Assembly: GCA_938017985.1 (NCBI GenBank)
Contig: CALIKS010000035.1
Span: 7,146-71,145 of the forward strand
DNA length: 64,000 nucleotides
Source: an uncultured archaeon
GTDB lineage: Archaea; Thermoproteota; Nitrososphaeria_A; Caldarchaeales; Calditenuaceae
Reading direction: 5' to 3'
In this document: positions 19,183 to 29,084 of the stretch, piece by piece
How positions within the stretch are numbered: the first letter of the stretch is position 1
Layout: every line of letters begins with the position of its first letter
The notes under the pieces: model-generated
What the model was told of the DNA's origin: nothing
Database searches by the model: none
What the model saw: only the letters and a program-made list of their open reading frames with translations
Translations under genes and position numbers: made by a program

Positions 19183-20421
19183 ATGAAGAATATCGACTTT
19201 AAAACACTTGATGACTTAGAAGCAGCTGGCAAGAGAATATTGGTAAGATGTGATTTTAACTCGCCTATTGACCCAGTCTCAAAATGCATTATTGATAATA
19301 CAAGAATAAAAATACATGCTGAGAGTACGATTAAAGAATTAATAGAGAAAAAAGCGAGAGTTGTCATAGTTGCTCATCAGGGAAGACCTGGAGATCCGGA
19401 CTTCACGACTATGAAGGAGCATGCTAAGATACTTTCAGACCTACTTGAATCTCCAGTAAGCTACATTGATGACATCGTAGGTGAGAAGGCACTTAATGCA
19501 ATTACTTCAATTAATAAAGGTGAAGTACTCGTTCTTGAGAATGTAAGGACGCTACCATATGAAATGAAGACTGGTAGGCCAGAGGAGCATGCAAAATCAG
19601 AACTTGTAAGCAAACTCGCCCCACTTTTCGACTGCTTCGTCAATGATGCATTTTCAGCGTCCCATAGGGCTCATGCATCAATTGTTGGATTCACAGCTGT
19701 TCTTCCGAGCTATGCAGGAAGAGTTATGGAGAGGGAGCTCAAAGCGCTCATTAAAGTTTCGACGAGCCCAGAGAAGCCCTGTGTATATGTTTTGGGAGGC
19801 GCAAAAGCTGATGATGCCTTAGCCATAACAAGGCACGTACTTGAGAAGGGCATAGCTGAGTATGTCTTAACGGGCGGCCTGGTTGCTCAGCTATATCTAT
19901 ATGCTCTCGGCTACGATTTAGGGCCAGTTAATACAAGATTTATTGAGGATCAAAAATTAGACCAATTTATATCAGAGATAAGGGACATTTTATCAAGATA
20001 CTACGAAGTGATAAGGCTCCCTAAAGATCTTGCAATTAATAAAGATGGCGTGAGAGCAGAGATATCGGTCAATGAGTTGCCTACAAGGTACCAAATAATG
20101 GACATTGGAACTAAGACTATTGAAGAGTATCGCGCGATACTTTCAGCCGCCCGATCCGTATTTATGAGCGGCCCAATGGGCGTATTTGAGAATAACCAAT
20201 TCGCGAAGGGTACTAGAGAAATTTTTTCTGCAGCTGCTGGAGAAAGCAGATTCACTCTGGCTGGTGGTGGACATACAGCAGCGGCAATCGAGAAATTCGG
20301 ACTTAAAGATAGGCTTAGCTACGTAAGTACGGCTGGTGGAGCATTGACTGAATACTTAATGGGCCGAAGCCTGCCGGGCGTCGAGGCACTGAAGGAGGCT
20401 GCTAGGAGAATGAATAAATAA
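19183..20421 (+). CDS. pgk: Phosphoglycerate kinase (archaeal type)
   Basis: 412 aa: ILVRCDFNSPID...DNTRI...VVIVAHQGRPG...GGGHT. Confidence 0.9.
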   Translation: MKNIDFKTLDDLEAAGKRILVRCDFNSPIDPVSKCIIDNTRIKIHAESTIKELIEKKARVVIVAHQGRPGDPDFTTMKEHAKILSDLLESPVSYIDDIVGEKALNAITSINKGEVLVLENVRTLPYEMKTGRPEEHAKSELVSKLAPLFDCFVNDAFSASHRAHASIVGFTAVLPSYAGRVMERELKALIKVSTSPEKPCVYVLGGAKADDALAITRHVLEKGIAEYVLTGGLVAQLYLYALGYDLGPVNTRFIEDQKLDQFISEIRDILSRYYEVIRLPKDLAINKDGVRAEISVNELPTRYQIMDIGTKTIEEYRAILSAARSVFMSGPMGVFENNQFAKGTREIFSAAAGESRFTLAGGGHTAAAIEKFGLKDRLSYVSTAGGALTEYLMGRSLPGVEALKEAARRMNK

Positions 20422-20494
20422 TCACTGTTCTTGAGCACTATTTTTGGACTTAACTTTAAAAACAACTGACAATAAAAATCTAAGGGGTGGTCAA

Positions 20495-20743
20495 TTGGCA
20501 TACCCAGAACTTGAGGCTATTCTTTTACTGGTCGTGATTATTTCTGGAATACTTTCAGTAGAGGCTCGTAGTCTCGTAAAGGCTGCTATATCTCTCTTTA
20601 TATTTACGTTTAGTATTGGATTGATATTCATACTTCTCGGAGCCTTTCATGTTGGACTATTTCAAATATTAGCATATTCCGGAGGCATAGTAGCATTGTT
20701 TATGCTCGTGATAATGCTTACAAGGAGGATTGAAGAAACGTGA
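20495..20743 (+). CDS. NuoJ/ND6-like membrane subunit, N-terminal half (MbhD-like)
   Basis: LGAFHVGLFQILAYSGGIVALFMLVIMLTRR resembles the NuoJ core (LGA.F....I.VYAGAIMVLF.FV.MM). I prefer TTG 20495, which follows the GGGGTGG RBS, over the track start at 20444. Confidence 0.6.
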   Translation: MAYPELEAILLLVVIISGILSVEARSLVKAAISLFIFTFSIGLIFILLGAFHVGLFQILAYSGGIVALFMLVIMLTRRIEET

Positions 20744-20997
20744 AGCTAAGCGAGGCTATAGGAACAGCTGCATCGATAGTCTTCGCAGCAACTGTAATGA
20801 TTCTTTTTGCTTCTAAACCGCCCCTATATGCATATTGGAACGAAAACCTTGGCAGAATTTCTAGCCTTAAAGCCGGCGACCTAGGATTAGTCATTAGCAA
20901 ACATATTTGGACCGAGCTTTTCCCCGCGCTCATTGGATTCTTAATGGTAATAATTGCATTGATACTTGGAGTCTCAGCACTCCTAAGGAGGGAATAG
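20740..20997 (+). CDS. NuoJ/ND6-like membrane subunit, C-terminal half (MbhE-like)
   Basis: GTG start overlaps the upstream stop (GTGA). The C-terminal TM segment ...WTELFPALIGFLMVIIALILGV resembles the NuoJ C-terminus. Confidence 0.5.
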   Translation: MKLSEAIGTAASIVFAATVMILFASKPPLYAYWNENLGRISSLKAGDLGLVISKHIWTELFPALIGFLMVIIALILGVSALLRRE

Positions 20998-21002
20998 ACA
21001 AA

Positions 21003-21317
21003 ATGGCTCTGTCACCTTTAATATACGTTCCAATATCAGCCTTTATCTTGTCGCTTGGAATATATACACTTGCAAGTAAACGAAACATTATAAAACAATT
21101 AATCGCCGTTGAAATTCTGATTAACGCTGCTCATCTAAACTTTGTAGTATTTGCAACTAGTAATCCAGCAGGCATAGATCCATACGCGTTGAGTCTTGTA
21201 ATAATCTCTATGGGAGTCGGAGCGTCAATAATTGCGGTCGGAATACTCTTGTTAATACACGTCTATAGAACCTACGGCACAATGGATCTCGAAGCCCTGA
21301 GAAAGCTTAGAAGATAA
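21003..21317 (+). CDS. NuoK/ND4L/MnhC-like membrane subunit
   Basis: From ATG 21003 (RBS AAGGAGGG upstream): ...LASKRNIIKQLIAVEILINAAHLNFVVFA matches the NuoK/MrpC signature (RN....L...E...NA.NLNFV). Confidence 0.7.
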   Translation: MALSPLIYVPISAFILSLGIYTLASKRNIIKQLIAVEILINAAHLNFVVFATSNPAGIDPYALSLVIISMGVGASIIAVGILLLIHVYRTYGTMDLEALRKLRR

Positions 21318-21330
21318 GGTATAATTGAAT

Positions 21331-21651
21331 TCAGCCACCCGCAATTGGTGGAAGTATAACTACAATATCACCATCATTTAAAACATGTTTCATAGCTAAC
21401 TCCGTGTTTAGTTTTTGCGCATTAATCGCAATTGTTATGTTGCTTCTTATTCTTCCTTCACTATCCAAAATATAGCTACGCATACGTTCACCATATTTTT
21501 CAATAATATAGTTGATTATGTTGCTTACAGTCGAACCTTCTTCAATCATGATGTATTCTGAATTTTTACCTGTAAGCTCCTTCAGATAAGCATAATATCT
21601 TGACTCGATCTTTATCAGTCTTTTTTTATTATCTTTGATTTCGAGACTCAT
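21331..21651 (-). CDS. moaD: MoaD/ThiS-family ubiquitin-like sulfur carrier (C-terminal GG)
   Basis: Ends ...DGDIVVILPPIAGG. The ATG at 21651 overlaps the MoaE stop (ATGA), so I prefer it to the track start at 21675. Confidence 0.75.
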   Translation of the reverse strand: MSLEIKDNKKRLIKIESRYYAYLKELTGKNSEYIMIEEGSTVSNIINYIIEKYGERMRSYILDSEGRIRSNITIAINAQKLNTELAMKHVLNDGDIVVILPPIAGG

Positions 21652-22121
21652 GTCTGATGATTTTCCACTACCCACTCATGTGTATTGTCTATATAGACTT
21701 CTTTCTTAAAGATTGCAGGCTCCTTTTTGTATCGTTCTATCGCTTCTTTCAACCCTTCTAGGACTGCGGTTCTTCTACGTCCAGAAGCTACTACAAGGAC
21801 GATAGGTTCGCCTGGATTAAAGCAACCCGTCAAGTGCCAGATTCCCATAAATGATAGACCATACTTGTCAGACAGTTCTCTGCAGATCTTTGATATCTCT
21901 AGATTGGCATTCTCCTCGTAAGCATCGATCTCGACTCGGCAGACTGTTCTACCGTCCCTGCTCGTGTTTCTTGCCACTCCAATATAAGTGGCCACTGCTC
22001 CATCCCTTCCTGTCGAATAAATCATATCAATTCTCCCTAGAACCTCTATTAGGTTAAGACTATCTTTTTTGTACACGCCGGGCTTTGGAAGAAAAAAAGA
22101 ACCATTTTCCAGATTACTCAT
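21648..22121 (-). CDS. moaE: Molybdopterin synthase catalytic subunit MoaE
   Basis: 157-aa MoaE-like pattern (...GAVATYIGVARN...VEIDAYEENA...PIVLVVASGRRR...PIFKKE) coupled to the MoaD gene. Confidence 0.8.
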   Translation of the reverse strand: MSNLENGSFFLPKPGVYKKDSLNLIEVLGRIDMIYSTGRDGAVATYIGVARNTSRDGRTVCRVEIDAYEENANLEISKICRELSDKYGLSFMGIWHLTGCFNPGEPIVLVVASGRRRTAVLEGLKEAIERYKKEPAIFKKEVYIDNTHEWVVENHQT

Positions 22122-23178
22122 CTCGTTTCACTTTTGACAACATGCTTATTCTTCCAGCCACATTTTTGGCAATGCTGCGGAATATTGTCGCTACCTCTGA
22201 CTCTGGATGCGAAATTATTACGGGGTCTCCCTCATCACTTCCTATCCTTATCTCTGGAATTAACGGTACCTCGCCCAAGAATGGCACACCTGCCTGACTT
22301 GCTGCTAATTTTCCACCACCTTTTCCAAAAATATATGCCTTCTCGCCGCATTTTTTACAAATATAATAGGACATGTTCTCGATTATGCCTAGTATGTTTA
22401 CTCCGAGTTTTTCAAACATTCTCAGCGCCTTCATCGCAATGACTACTGATACTGGCTGTGGAGTAGTAATAATTATTACGCCGGATAAAGGTATGCTCTG
22501 AGCCAATGTAAGTGATGCGTCACCAGTACCTGGGGGAAGATCAACTATTAGGTAGTCGAGTTCTCCCCAATTAATCTCGGTGAACATTTGTTTAACCGCG
22601 TTGGCTACCAGTGGGCCTCTCCAGATTACTGGCGTGTCGTCAGTAATCAACAGTCCTAAAGACATTACTTTAATCCCAAGCGGACCTACTGCAGGAAGAA
22701 TCTTATCACCAACCTGTTGGGGAAAACTAATGTCTTTTAAAAGCTTAGGAATAGTTGGACCATACATGTCTGCATCTAGGAGCCCAGTTTTTGCGCCTGA
22801 TTCTGCGAGGGCCAGGGCTAAGTTTAATGCAATAGATGATTTACCCACGCCTCCTTTACCGCTTGCGACTGCGATAACATTCTTTACTCCAGATAGGCTT
22901 ACTTGGTTCGTTAAAGTTCTCTTAGCTGATGAAACTCTAGCAGTAACCTTCATGTCTACGGACTTAACGCCCGGTATTGATTCTACTGCTTTTTTGACTT
23001 CTCTTGTAATTTGCTCATTGTAAGGACATGCAGGTGTAGTTAACTCCAGCGTAAATGAGACAATTCCATTACTAACCTTTAAGTCTTTTATCATGCCCAT
23101 AGTAACAACATCGACCCCTAGCTCTGGATCAATCACATTTCTTAATACTTTTACGACTGATTCTTCTGTTAACTTCAT
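22114..23178 (-). CDS. Mrp/NBP35/ApbC Fe-S cluster carrier ATPase with N-terminal DUF59
   Basis: DUF59 N-domain (VIDPELGVDVVTMGMI), deviant Walker A (ASGKGGVGKS) and a CxxC motif (YICKKCGEKAYIFG). Confidence 0.88.
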   Translation of the reverse strand: MKLTEESVVKVLRNVIDPELGVDVVTMGMIKDLKVSNGIVSFTLELTTPACPYNEQITREVKKAVESIPGVKSVDMKVTARVSSAKRTLTNQVSLSGVKNVIAVASGKGGVGKSSIALNLALALAESGAKTGLLDADMYGPTIPKLLKDISFPQQVGDKILPAVGPLGIKVMSLGLLITDDTPVIWRGPLVANAVKQMFTEINWGELDYLIVDLPPGTGDASLTLAQSIPLSGVIIITTPQPVSVVIAMKALRMFEKLGVNILGIIENMSYYICKKCGEKAYIFGKGGGKLAASQAGVPFLGEVPLIPEIRIGSDEGDPVIISHPESEVATIFRSIAKNVAGRISMLSKVKRDE

Positions 23179-23238
23179 CCATCATTAGGAGAATAGCTGA
23201 GCTAAAATATGTTTCTAAGTTACATTTCTAGCGATGAT

Positions 23239-23841
23239 TCATGTGCCATTCAATAGCTTGTGGGTCAGTAGTAAACCTACAATAGTCTTTGCATCTTGAA
23301 TTTTACGTTCCTCAATCATTTTTATGGCCTCGTCAAGTCCAAGACGGACAACCTTAATTTTCTCGTCAGGCTCAGTTTTCTGACCGACTAATCGGCCAAC
23401 CCTAGCTAAATAAATATTGATAACTTCATCGCTGTATCCAGGAGATGGATAAATAGTTGTTAAATAATCAAGCTTTGCACAGGAATACCCTGTCTCCTCC
23501 TCTAGTTCACGTATTGCACAATTTTCAGGGGCTTCGCCGGGCTTAAGAGTACCTGCTGGAATCTCAAAAAGCTGCGTTCTTGCCGCATGCCTGTACTGGC
23601 TGACAAGTATGACATTGCTATCATCAGTAAGGGGGACTATGGCTGAGGCGCCCGGATGCTCAACAATCTCTCTCACTACATTTCTATTGTTTATCTTTAC
23701 TGTATCTATTCTTAAATTGATGACTCGACCACGATATTGCTTTCTACTACTAATTACTTCCTCCATCGTTAAATCATAGTTCCACATCTTCCTCAAATAT
23801 GCATGTGTCATCTTTTTACGCATATATTTCTCATCATTCAA
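23239..23841 (-). CDS. NUDIX hydrolase (ADP-ribose pyrophosphatase-like)
   Basis: Nudix box GTLKPGEAPENCAIRELEEETGY. The start may be a later Met. Confidence 0.8.
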   Translation of the reverse strand: MNDEKYMRKKMTHAYLRKMWNYDLTMEEVISSRKQYRGRVINLRIDTVKINNRNVVREIVEHPGASAIVPLTDDSNVILVSQYRHAARTQLFEIPAGTLKPGEAPENCAIRELEEETGYSCAKLDYLTTIYPSPGYSDEVINIYLARVGRLVGQKTEPDEKIKVVRLGLDEAIKMIEERKIQDAKTIVGLLLTHKLLNGT

Positions 23842-23853
23842 ATTTTATTCAAT

Positions 23854-24405
23854 ATGGATGGCAATACATTCAGCGGCTATGTAGAGGGGCTGCAATTAAC
23901 TAAACTTGGAAAAGCCATATCATTGAAAATTAAGCTTATCACTCCTGGTGGAAAAAGGATTGAGTTATTTATTCATAATCCACCTGACTGGCTAAAGATA
24001 GGAAAAGCCATAAGTGGAACTTACAATATAGTCGAGACGAATTACGGGACCAAATTCATAGTAGATAATATTGTTGAGAACACAGATCTGCGTCCAGCAA
24101 TGATTAATGAGCTGCTTGTAGAAAAAATTTTAGGCATAGGGGAAAGTACAGTAGTGGTTGAGGGAAGATATCAAGATGGCAGATTTTTCAGCCATACATT
24201 AAGAGACATAAAATTATTAGAATTCATACATAAACTTCCAATGCAATTTCTAGGGTTATTCATCGAGAAAGACTCACTACAAGTCTTAATAACAATATTA
24301 ACCAAGAACGAATTTGCTATCGTATCAAGAGCAAGCGAACTCTCCTCCCTACTTTCAAAGATATCTTCAGAGGAGCCAGAGAAAAAATTTCTTAATGGAG
24401 AGTAA
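23854..24405 (+). CDS. Hypothetical protein
   Basis: I prefer ATG 23854 (MDGNTFSGYVEGLQLTKLGK...), since the track start at 23803 overlaps the NUDIX gene. I recognise no family. The N-terminal half is beta-rich (possibly OB-like). Confidence 0.5.
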   Translation: MDGNTFSGYVEGLQLTKLGKAISLKIKLITPGGKRIELFIHNPPDWLKIGKAISGTYNIVETNYGTKFIVDNIVENTDLRPAMINELLVEKILGIGESTVVVEGRYQDGRFFSHTLRDIKLLEFIHKLPMQFLGLFIEKDSLQVLITILTKNEFAIVSRASELSSLLSKISSEEPEKKFLNGE

Positions 24406-24493
24406 CATGTATCAAATTTAAGTAAATTGAAATGTATCTCATTCTGTGAATAGAAGAGTCGGGCGAGACGGCATATTTATTTAGGTTTGAGAT

Positions 24494-25483
24494 TCATGCA
24501 TGGTCAGGACGTGCTGGTCTTAGCCTCAGGTCGGAGAAACATATGCTACATACTCTATGATTGCTCGAGATTCTCTTTGAATAGCTAATTGGTGCTCTAC
24601 AGACTGGACACTTTAGTCCTGGACGGAATTCATAAAGCCGAGCCCCACACGAGCTGCAAATATTAGAGCCAACCTGCATAACTGCGCCGCATTTATGACA
24701 AAATACCTCATTGGACCTGCTTATCACTTCGACTATTATTATTGGAGAATACTTTAATTTCTGAGGGGAGTCTACTCTATGATGAGTTACCTCTTTCTTC
24801 TCAAAATACGACGAGAGCTCTATCGAGGGTTTAGCTGTCCTCTCAGCATTAGAAAGCTCCATGGCCAGAAGCTTCTCTAACTCATCTATTTCTTCTCTTT
24901 CCGGCTTTTTTACCGCTATGTCTATCTTAAGGATGAACGAGCTATAGCTCATTGCTATTAATGAAGCTGCGAGAAAGATCAGCGAATAGGATGCTAAGGT
25001 GTTTAGAGGCTGTATTAAAAAGGCATTAGAGGATTCCAGCACTATTGCCTGATAGACTATTATTAAAATAGTAAGTAAGCCTAAGGCTCCTAGGTATGCA
25101 GACCGTATGTTGAAGAGACGTGCATAGGATATATAGCCTACAATTTCAGCAACGCTATAAACAGCCCAAAGAGAAATGATAATTATCAGCAAATTGTATT
25201 GGCTTAATGGTAATACAGTGACTTTAAAGAAAACATCCAAGAGGTAAAGTATTATGATTAATGAGATTAAGCCACCAAAGATAGATAAAAGAATAGACAA
25301 TGCCGTGAAGTACGCGTGTTTTGTATGAAAACCTATCCTGCGCCAGAAAACACTTCTGAGCCCTATACTGACTGGATATATAAACGTAACAATCGGATAA
25401 TTAAGCAATCGATTAAAAAGAATAAAAAATAGGAGTAGCAGGGAAGCAGCATAGCCGATTGCTCCTAGTAGGCCAATACGCAT
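24494..25483 (-). CDS. Membrane protein with C-terminal double zinc ribbon (uncharacterised)
   Basis: ~6 N-terminal TM helices, a charged linker, then CHKCGAVMQVGSNICSSCG and CPVCRAPISY...VCSICF. Confidence 0.6.
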   Translation of the reverse strand: MRIGLLGAIGYAASLLLLFFILFNRLLNYPIVTFIYPVSIGLRSVFWRRIGFHTKHAYFTALSILLSIFGGLISLIIILYLLDVFFKVTVLPLSQYNLLIIIISLWAVYSVAEIVGYISYARLFNIRSAYLGALGLLTILIIVYQAIVLESSNAFLIQPLNTLASYSLIFLAASLIAMSYSSFILKIDIAVKKPEREEIDELEKLLAMELSNAERTAKPSIELSSYFEKKEVTHHRVDSPQKLKYSPIIIVEVISRSNEVFCHKCGAVMQVGSNICSSCGARLYEFRPGLKCPVCRAPISYSKRISSNHRVCSICFSDLRLRPARPDHA

Positions 25484-25594
25484 TTCTAGTCTCAGTATTG
25501 CTTTAGGAGTTTTTAACTATTTTTGGTCCAAAAATAGCTTTATAATTAGTTAGCCCTAGGAAATGCTATAATATCGCCATTGCGTTTATTTAAT

Positions 25595-27226
25595 ATGCCA
25601 AAATACATCTTCGTCACAGGAGGCGTCGTCTCGTCTGTAGGTAAAGGAACCGTAGCTGCATCAATCGGGAAAATATTGGTCTCAAAGGGGTACAAAGTTG
25701 ATTTCTTAAAGATTGACCCCTACGTAAACGTCGATGCTGGTACTCTAAATCCATATTCTCATGGTGAGGTCTTCGTAACTGATGATGGGGGCGAGACGGA
25801 CCTTGACCTAGGATGGTACGAGAGATTCTTAGACATTCCTATGAGCAAGATGAATAACATTACTACTGGACAAGTATATCTAGAAGTACTAAAAAGAGAG
25901 AGAGCCGGCGACTATCTAGGACAATGCGTACAAGTCATACCTCATATAACTGATGAAATAAAGCGACGAATAAAATTGATTGGGTCGAGAAGAGGAGCGG
26001 ACATAGTCATAGTTGAAATTGGTGGTACTGCTGGTGACATTGAAGGACTGCCATTTTACGAAGCAGCTCGACAAATGAAGCTAGAAGAATCCACTCTTTT
26101 CATCCATGTTGCACTAGTAATCTATCTTAAACCTACAGCTGAATTTAAGACAAAGGCACTTCAGCACAGTGTAAATGAGCTGAGAAGAATAGGTATACAG
26201 CCAGACATAGTCGTTGCGAGAAGTGACAGAATGATAGACGAAGCTACACGCGCAAAGATAGCGCTATTCAGCACACTGCCAAAAGAAGCAGTTTTCTGCT
26301 CATATGATACTGACGTTATTTATGAGGTTCCATTAATGCTAGAGAGGCAGGGCATTGGTGAATATATTGAACGTTTACTTGGACTTCCTAACCTACCCTC
26401 ACATCTCGACGAGTGGCAACAAATAGTAAATTCTTTCAGGGTGAAGAATCCAGTCGTCAGAATAGCCGTATGTGGAAAATATACAAGCCTCACGGACTCC
26501 TATGTAAGTATCAAGGAGGCATTACTTCACGCAGCAGCCTATCAAAACGTAAAGCTTGAAATAAAATGGATTGAGACAAGCGAACTAGAAAACAATTTAG
26601 CGATGATCGAGCAGTTAGACACTGTCGATGGAATATTAGTCCCAGGTGGGTTTGGAAAAAGAGGAGCAGAGGGAAAGCTAAAAGTAATAGAATATGCTCG
26701 AACAAGGAGGAAACCTTTTCTTGGAATATGCTTTGGCATGCAATTAGCAATCGTTGAGTTTGCACGAAACGTCCTAAATCTGAAAGATGCAAATAGTACG
26801 GAAATTGATCCTACGACGCCACATCCAGTAATTTATTTAATGCCTGAGCAGGAGGAGATTATCGATAAAGGCGGCACAATGAGGCTAGGAGCGTTGCCAA
26901 TACGTATTAAAGGAGGAACAATGGCCCATGCCTTGTATGGTAATAACATTATTTCTCAGAGACATCGACATAGGTACGAAGTAAATCCAAGATATTGGGA
27001 GAGTCTTCAAAAAAACGGACTGATAATTTCGGGGACATCGCCAGACGGGATAAGAATCGAGATAATAGAGTTGAAGGAACATCCTTACTTTATTGCAACT
27101 CAATTCCACCCGGAGTTCAAATCAAGGCCTGGAAAACCAGACCCTGTATTTCTTGGATTAATACGAGCATCTATAGAGGCAGCTAAAATCAAAGATGAAG
27201 AAAGTGTCAAAAGAATAACAGCATAA
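25595..27226 (+). CDS. pyrG: CTP synthase
   Basis: [18 protein letters not shown]... with a GATase C-domain ([15 protein letters not shown]). I prefer ATG 25595 to TTG 25580. Confidence 0.93.
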   Translation: MPKYIFVTGGVVSSVGKGTVAASIGKILVSKGYKVDFLKIDPYVNVDAGTLNPYSHGEVFVTDDGGETDLDLGWYERFLDIPMSKMNNITTGQVYLEVLKRERAGDYLGQCVQVIPHITDEIKRRIKLIGSRRGADIVIVEIGGTAGDIEGLPFYEAARQMKLEESTLFIHVALVIYLKPTAEFKTKALQHSVNELRRIGIQPDIVVARSDRMIDEATRAKIALFSTLPKEAVFCSYDTDVIYEVPLMLERQGIGEYIERLLGLPNLPSHLDEWQQIVNSFRVKNPVVRIAVCGKYTSLTDSYVSIKEALLHAAAYQNVKLEIKWIETSELENNLAMIEQLDTVDGILVPGGFGKRGAEGKLKVIEYARTRRKPFLGICFGMQLAIVEFARNVLNLKDANSTEIDPTTPHPVIYLMPEQEEIIDKGGTMRLGALPIRIKGGTMAHALYGNNIISQRHRHRYEVNPRYWESLQKNGLIISGTSPDGIRIEIIELKEHPYFIATQFHPEFKSRPGKPDPVFLGLIRASIEAAKIKDEESVKRITA

Positions 27227-27227
27227 A

Positions 27228-27953
27228 ATGAAGCTGATAGATGCTCATTGCCACTTTCATGCATATCAAGAAGAAGAATGTCGAAAATTCAAATATATAA
27301 CAATTGTAGCTGTATCAGATGACTACAAATCATCGATAAAAACATGCGAACTCTCTAAAAAATTTAAAAATATTAATCCATTCATCGGCATTCATCCATG
27401 GAATATTAATAACTTAGTTGACGAAGAACTCAGGCTTCTAAAGGAATTTCTAGAAAACCAGAGATGCATTGCTGGAATCGGAGAAGTAGGACTAGATTTT
27501 AAGTTCTCTAAAGCACCAATATATCTTCAACTGAAGATCTATGAGAAGTTTTGCAAAATTGCTGCTGAGAAAAATCTGCCGTTGAACGTTCATTCATATT
27601 CAGCTTGGAAAGAAGCAATGATATATGCAACTCGAAACGATGTCCCATCAGTATTATTTCATTGGTACAATGGTCCAGAAGGATTGTTAAAAGAAATTAA
27701 GGATAATGGATACTTCATCAGTATTAATCCAGCCTGTGCTATTCAATCTAAACACAGAAATATAGTAGAAAAAGCAAGTGAGGACATTATCTTAACAGAA
27801 AGCGACGGCCCATATGTTTACAGGAATATTCATCTCAATTCTTCCAAAATCATACAAATATTAGAAATAATTTCGAAAGTTAAAAAAATCTCACTTGAGG
27901 ATGCCTCACAAATCGTGGCTACTAACTATGATAGATATATGATGCGCCTCTGA
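27228..27953 (+). CDS. TatD-family metal-dependent hydrolase
   Basis: MKLIDAHCHFH (HxH), GEVGLDF, HSY... and ESDGPY motifs. Confidence 0.8.
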   Translation: MKLIDAHCHFHAYQEEECRKFKYITIVAVSDDYKSSIKTCELSKKFKNINPFIGIHPWNINNLVDEELRLLKEFLENQRCIAGIGEVGLDFKFSKAPIYLQLKIYEKFCKIAAEKNLPLNVHSYSAWKEAMIYATRNDVPSVLFHWYNGPEGLLKEIKDNGYFISINPACAIQSKHRNIVEKASEDIILTESDGPYVYRNIHLNSSKIIQILEIISKVKKISLEDASQIVATNYDRYMMRL

Positions 27954-28026
27954 GATCTTCGTCAATGATTCATCACATCTAAGTCAAAATATATAAAGTA
28001 ATAACTTCATTTAATTAAAGAAAAAA

Positions 28027-29076
28027 ATGGTTAGAGATAGTCTTACTAGTAGTGATGAATTTTTAAGAGATCAATTGCATTCTATTGAGATAAAAGAACG
28101 CAAAGTGTCTGATATCTTAGAAGCTATGAGTCTTACTGGATTTCAGGGGAGAAAACTTGGCGAAGCACTTGATGTTTGGATTAAAGCACTAAGGGATGAA
28201 GACATAGTGATAATGATGGGTTATGCTGGAAGCTTAAGCACGACAGGGCAGTGGCGTATAATTAAATGGCTAATAGAGAATAGATACATTGACGTACTCG
28301 TCTCTACTGGTGCTAACATTACTGAAGACCTAATAGAAGCAATGGGTTACAAATATTGGAGAGGCAGCCCATACATCAATGATGTTGAACTTAGAAAAAA
28401 AAGGATCTACAGGTTTTACGATGTTTATGTAAAAGAAAATGATTACATATCTATGGAAAAAATGATTGCAGAATTTATGCTGACTCTCGATAACAAAAAA
28501 ATTTTTACTACTCCTGAGCTACTTTACTTGTTTGGCAAGTGGCTTAGTGAAAAAGGTATTGATGGGATAGTTACAGCGGCTAGCAAGCACGGCGTTCCAG
28601 TATTTTGCCCAGCCATTGTAGATAGTGGCTTTGGAGTAGCGTATATTCACAATATACATAATAATAAAGAATTCAGATTGCTCGTAGACCAGTTTAAGGA
28701 CTACGAACTTCTTTTGCGAATTAAATTGCAGTCTAAGAACAGTGCAGCCATATTTGTGGGTGGGGGAGTGCCAAAGGACTTTATTCAACTTTCAGCCGTA
28801 GCAACTGATATCTTGCTTTCTGATAATTTCTATGAGTGTAGACCTCATAAATATGCAATCCAGATAACTACAGATAGTCCACATTGGGGTGGACTGTCAG
28901 GCGCAACGCTAGAAGAAGGAATAAGCTGGGGAAAAGAGTCAAAAGAAGGGATGAATGTTCAATGTTTCTGCGACGCCACAATAGCATTACCTCTCTTAGC
29001 ACATTCGTTACTTGAACGTATCAAAAGTCCAAGGAAAGGCCCAGACCTTTCATGGATATTTAGCTCGGTAAAGTAA
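28027..29076 (+). CDS. Deoxyhypusine synthase family protein (paralogue 1, 349 aa)
   Basis: GYAGSLSTTGQWRIIKWLIENRYIDVLVSTGANITEDL, PAIVDSGFG and GGLSGATLEEGISWGK are DHS hallmarks, including the Lys of SWGK. Confidence 0.8.
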   Translation: MVRDSLTSSDEFLRDQLHSIEIKERKVSDILEAMSLTGFQGRKLGEALDVWIKALRDEDIVIMMGYAGSLSTTGQWRIIKWLIENRYIDVLVSTGANITEDLIEAMGYKYWRGSPYINDVELRKKRIYRFYDVYVKENDYISMEKMIAEFMLTLDNKKIFTTPELLYLFGKWLSEKGIDGIVTAASKHGVPVFCPAIVDSGFGVAYIHNIHNNKEFRLLVDQFKDYELLLRIKLQSKNSAAIFVGGGVPKDFIQLSAVATDILLSDNFYECRPHKYAIQITTDSPHWGGLSGATLEEGISWGKESKEGMNVQCFCDATIALPLLAHSLLERIKSPRKGPDLSWIFSSVK

Positions 29077-29084
29077 TCTCTTAA

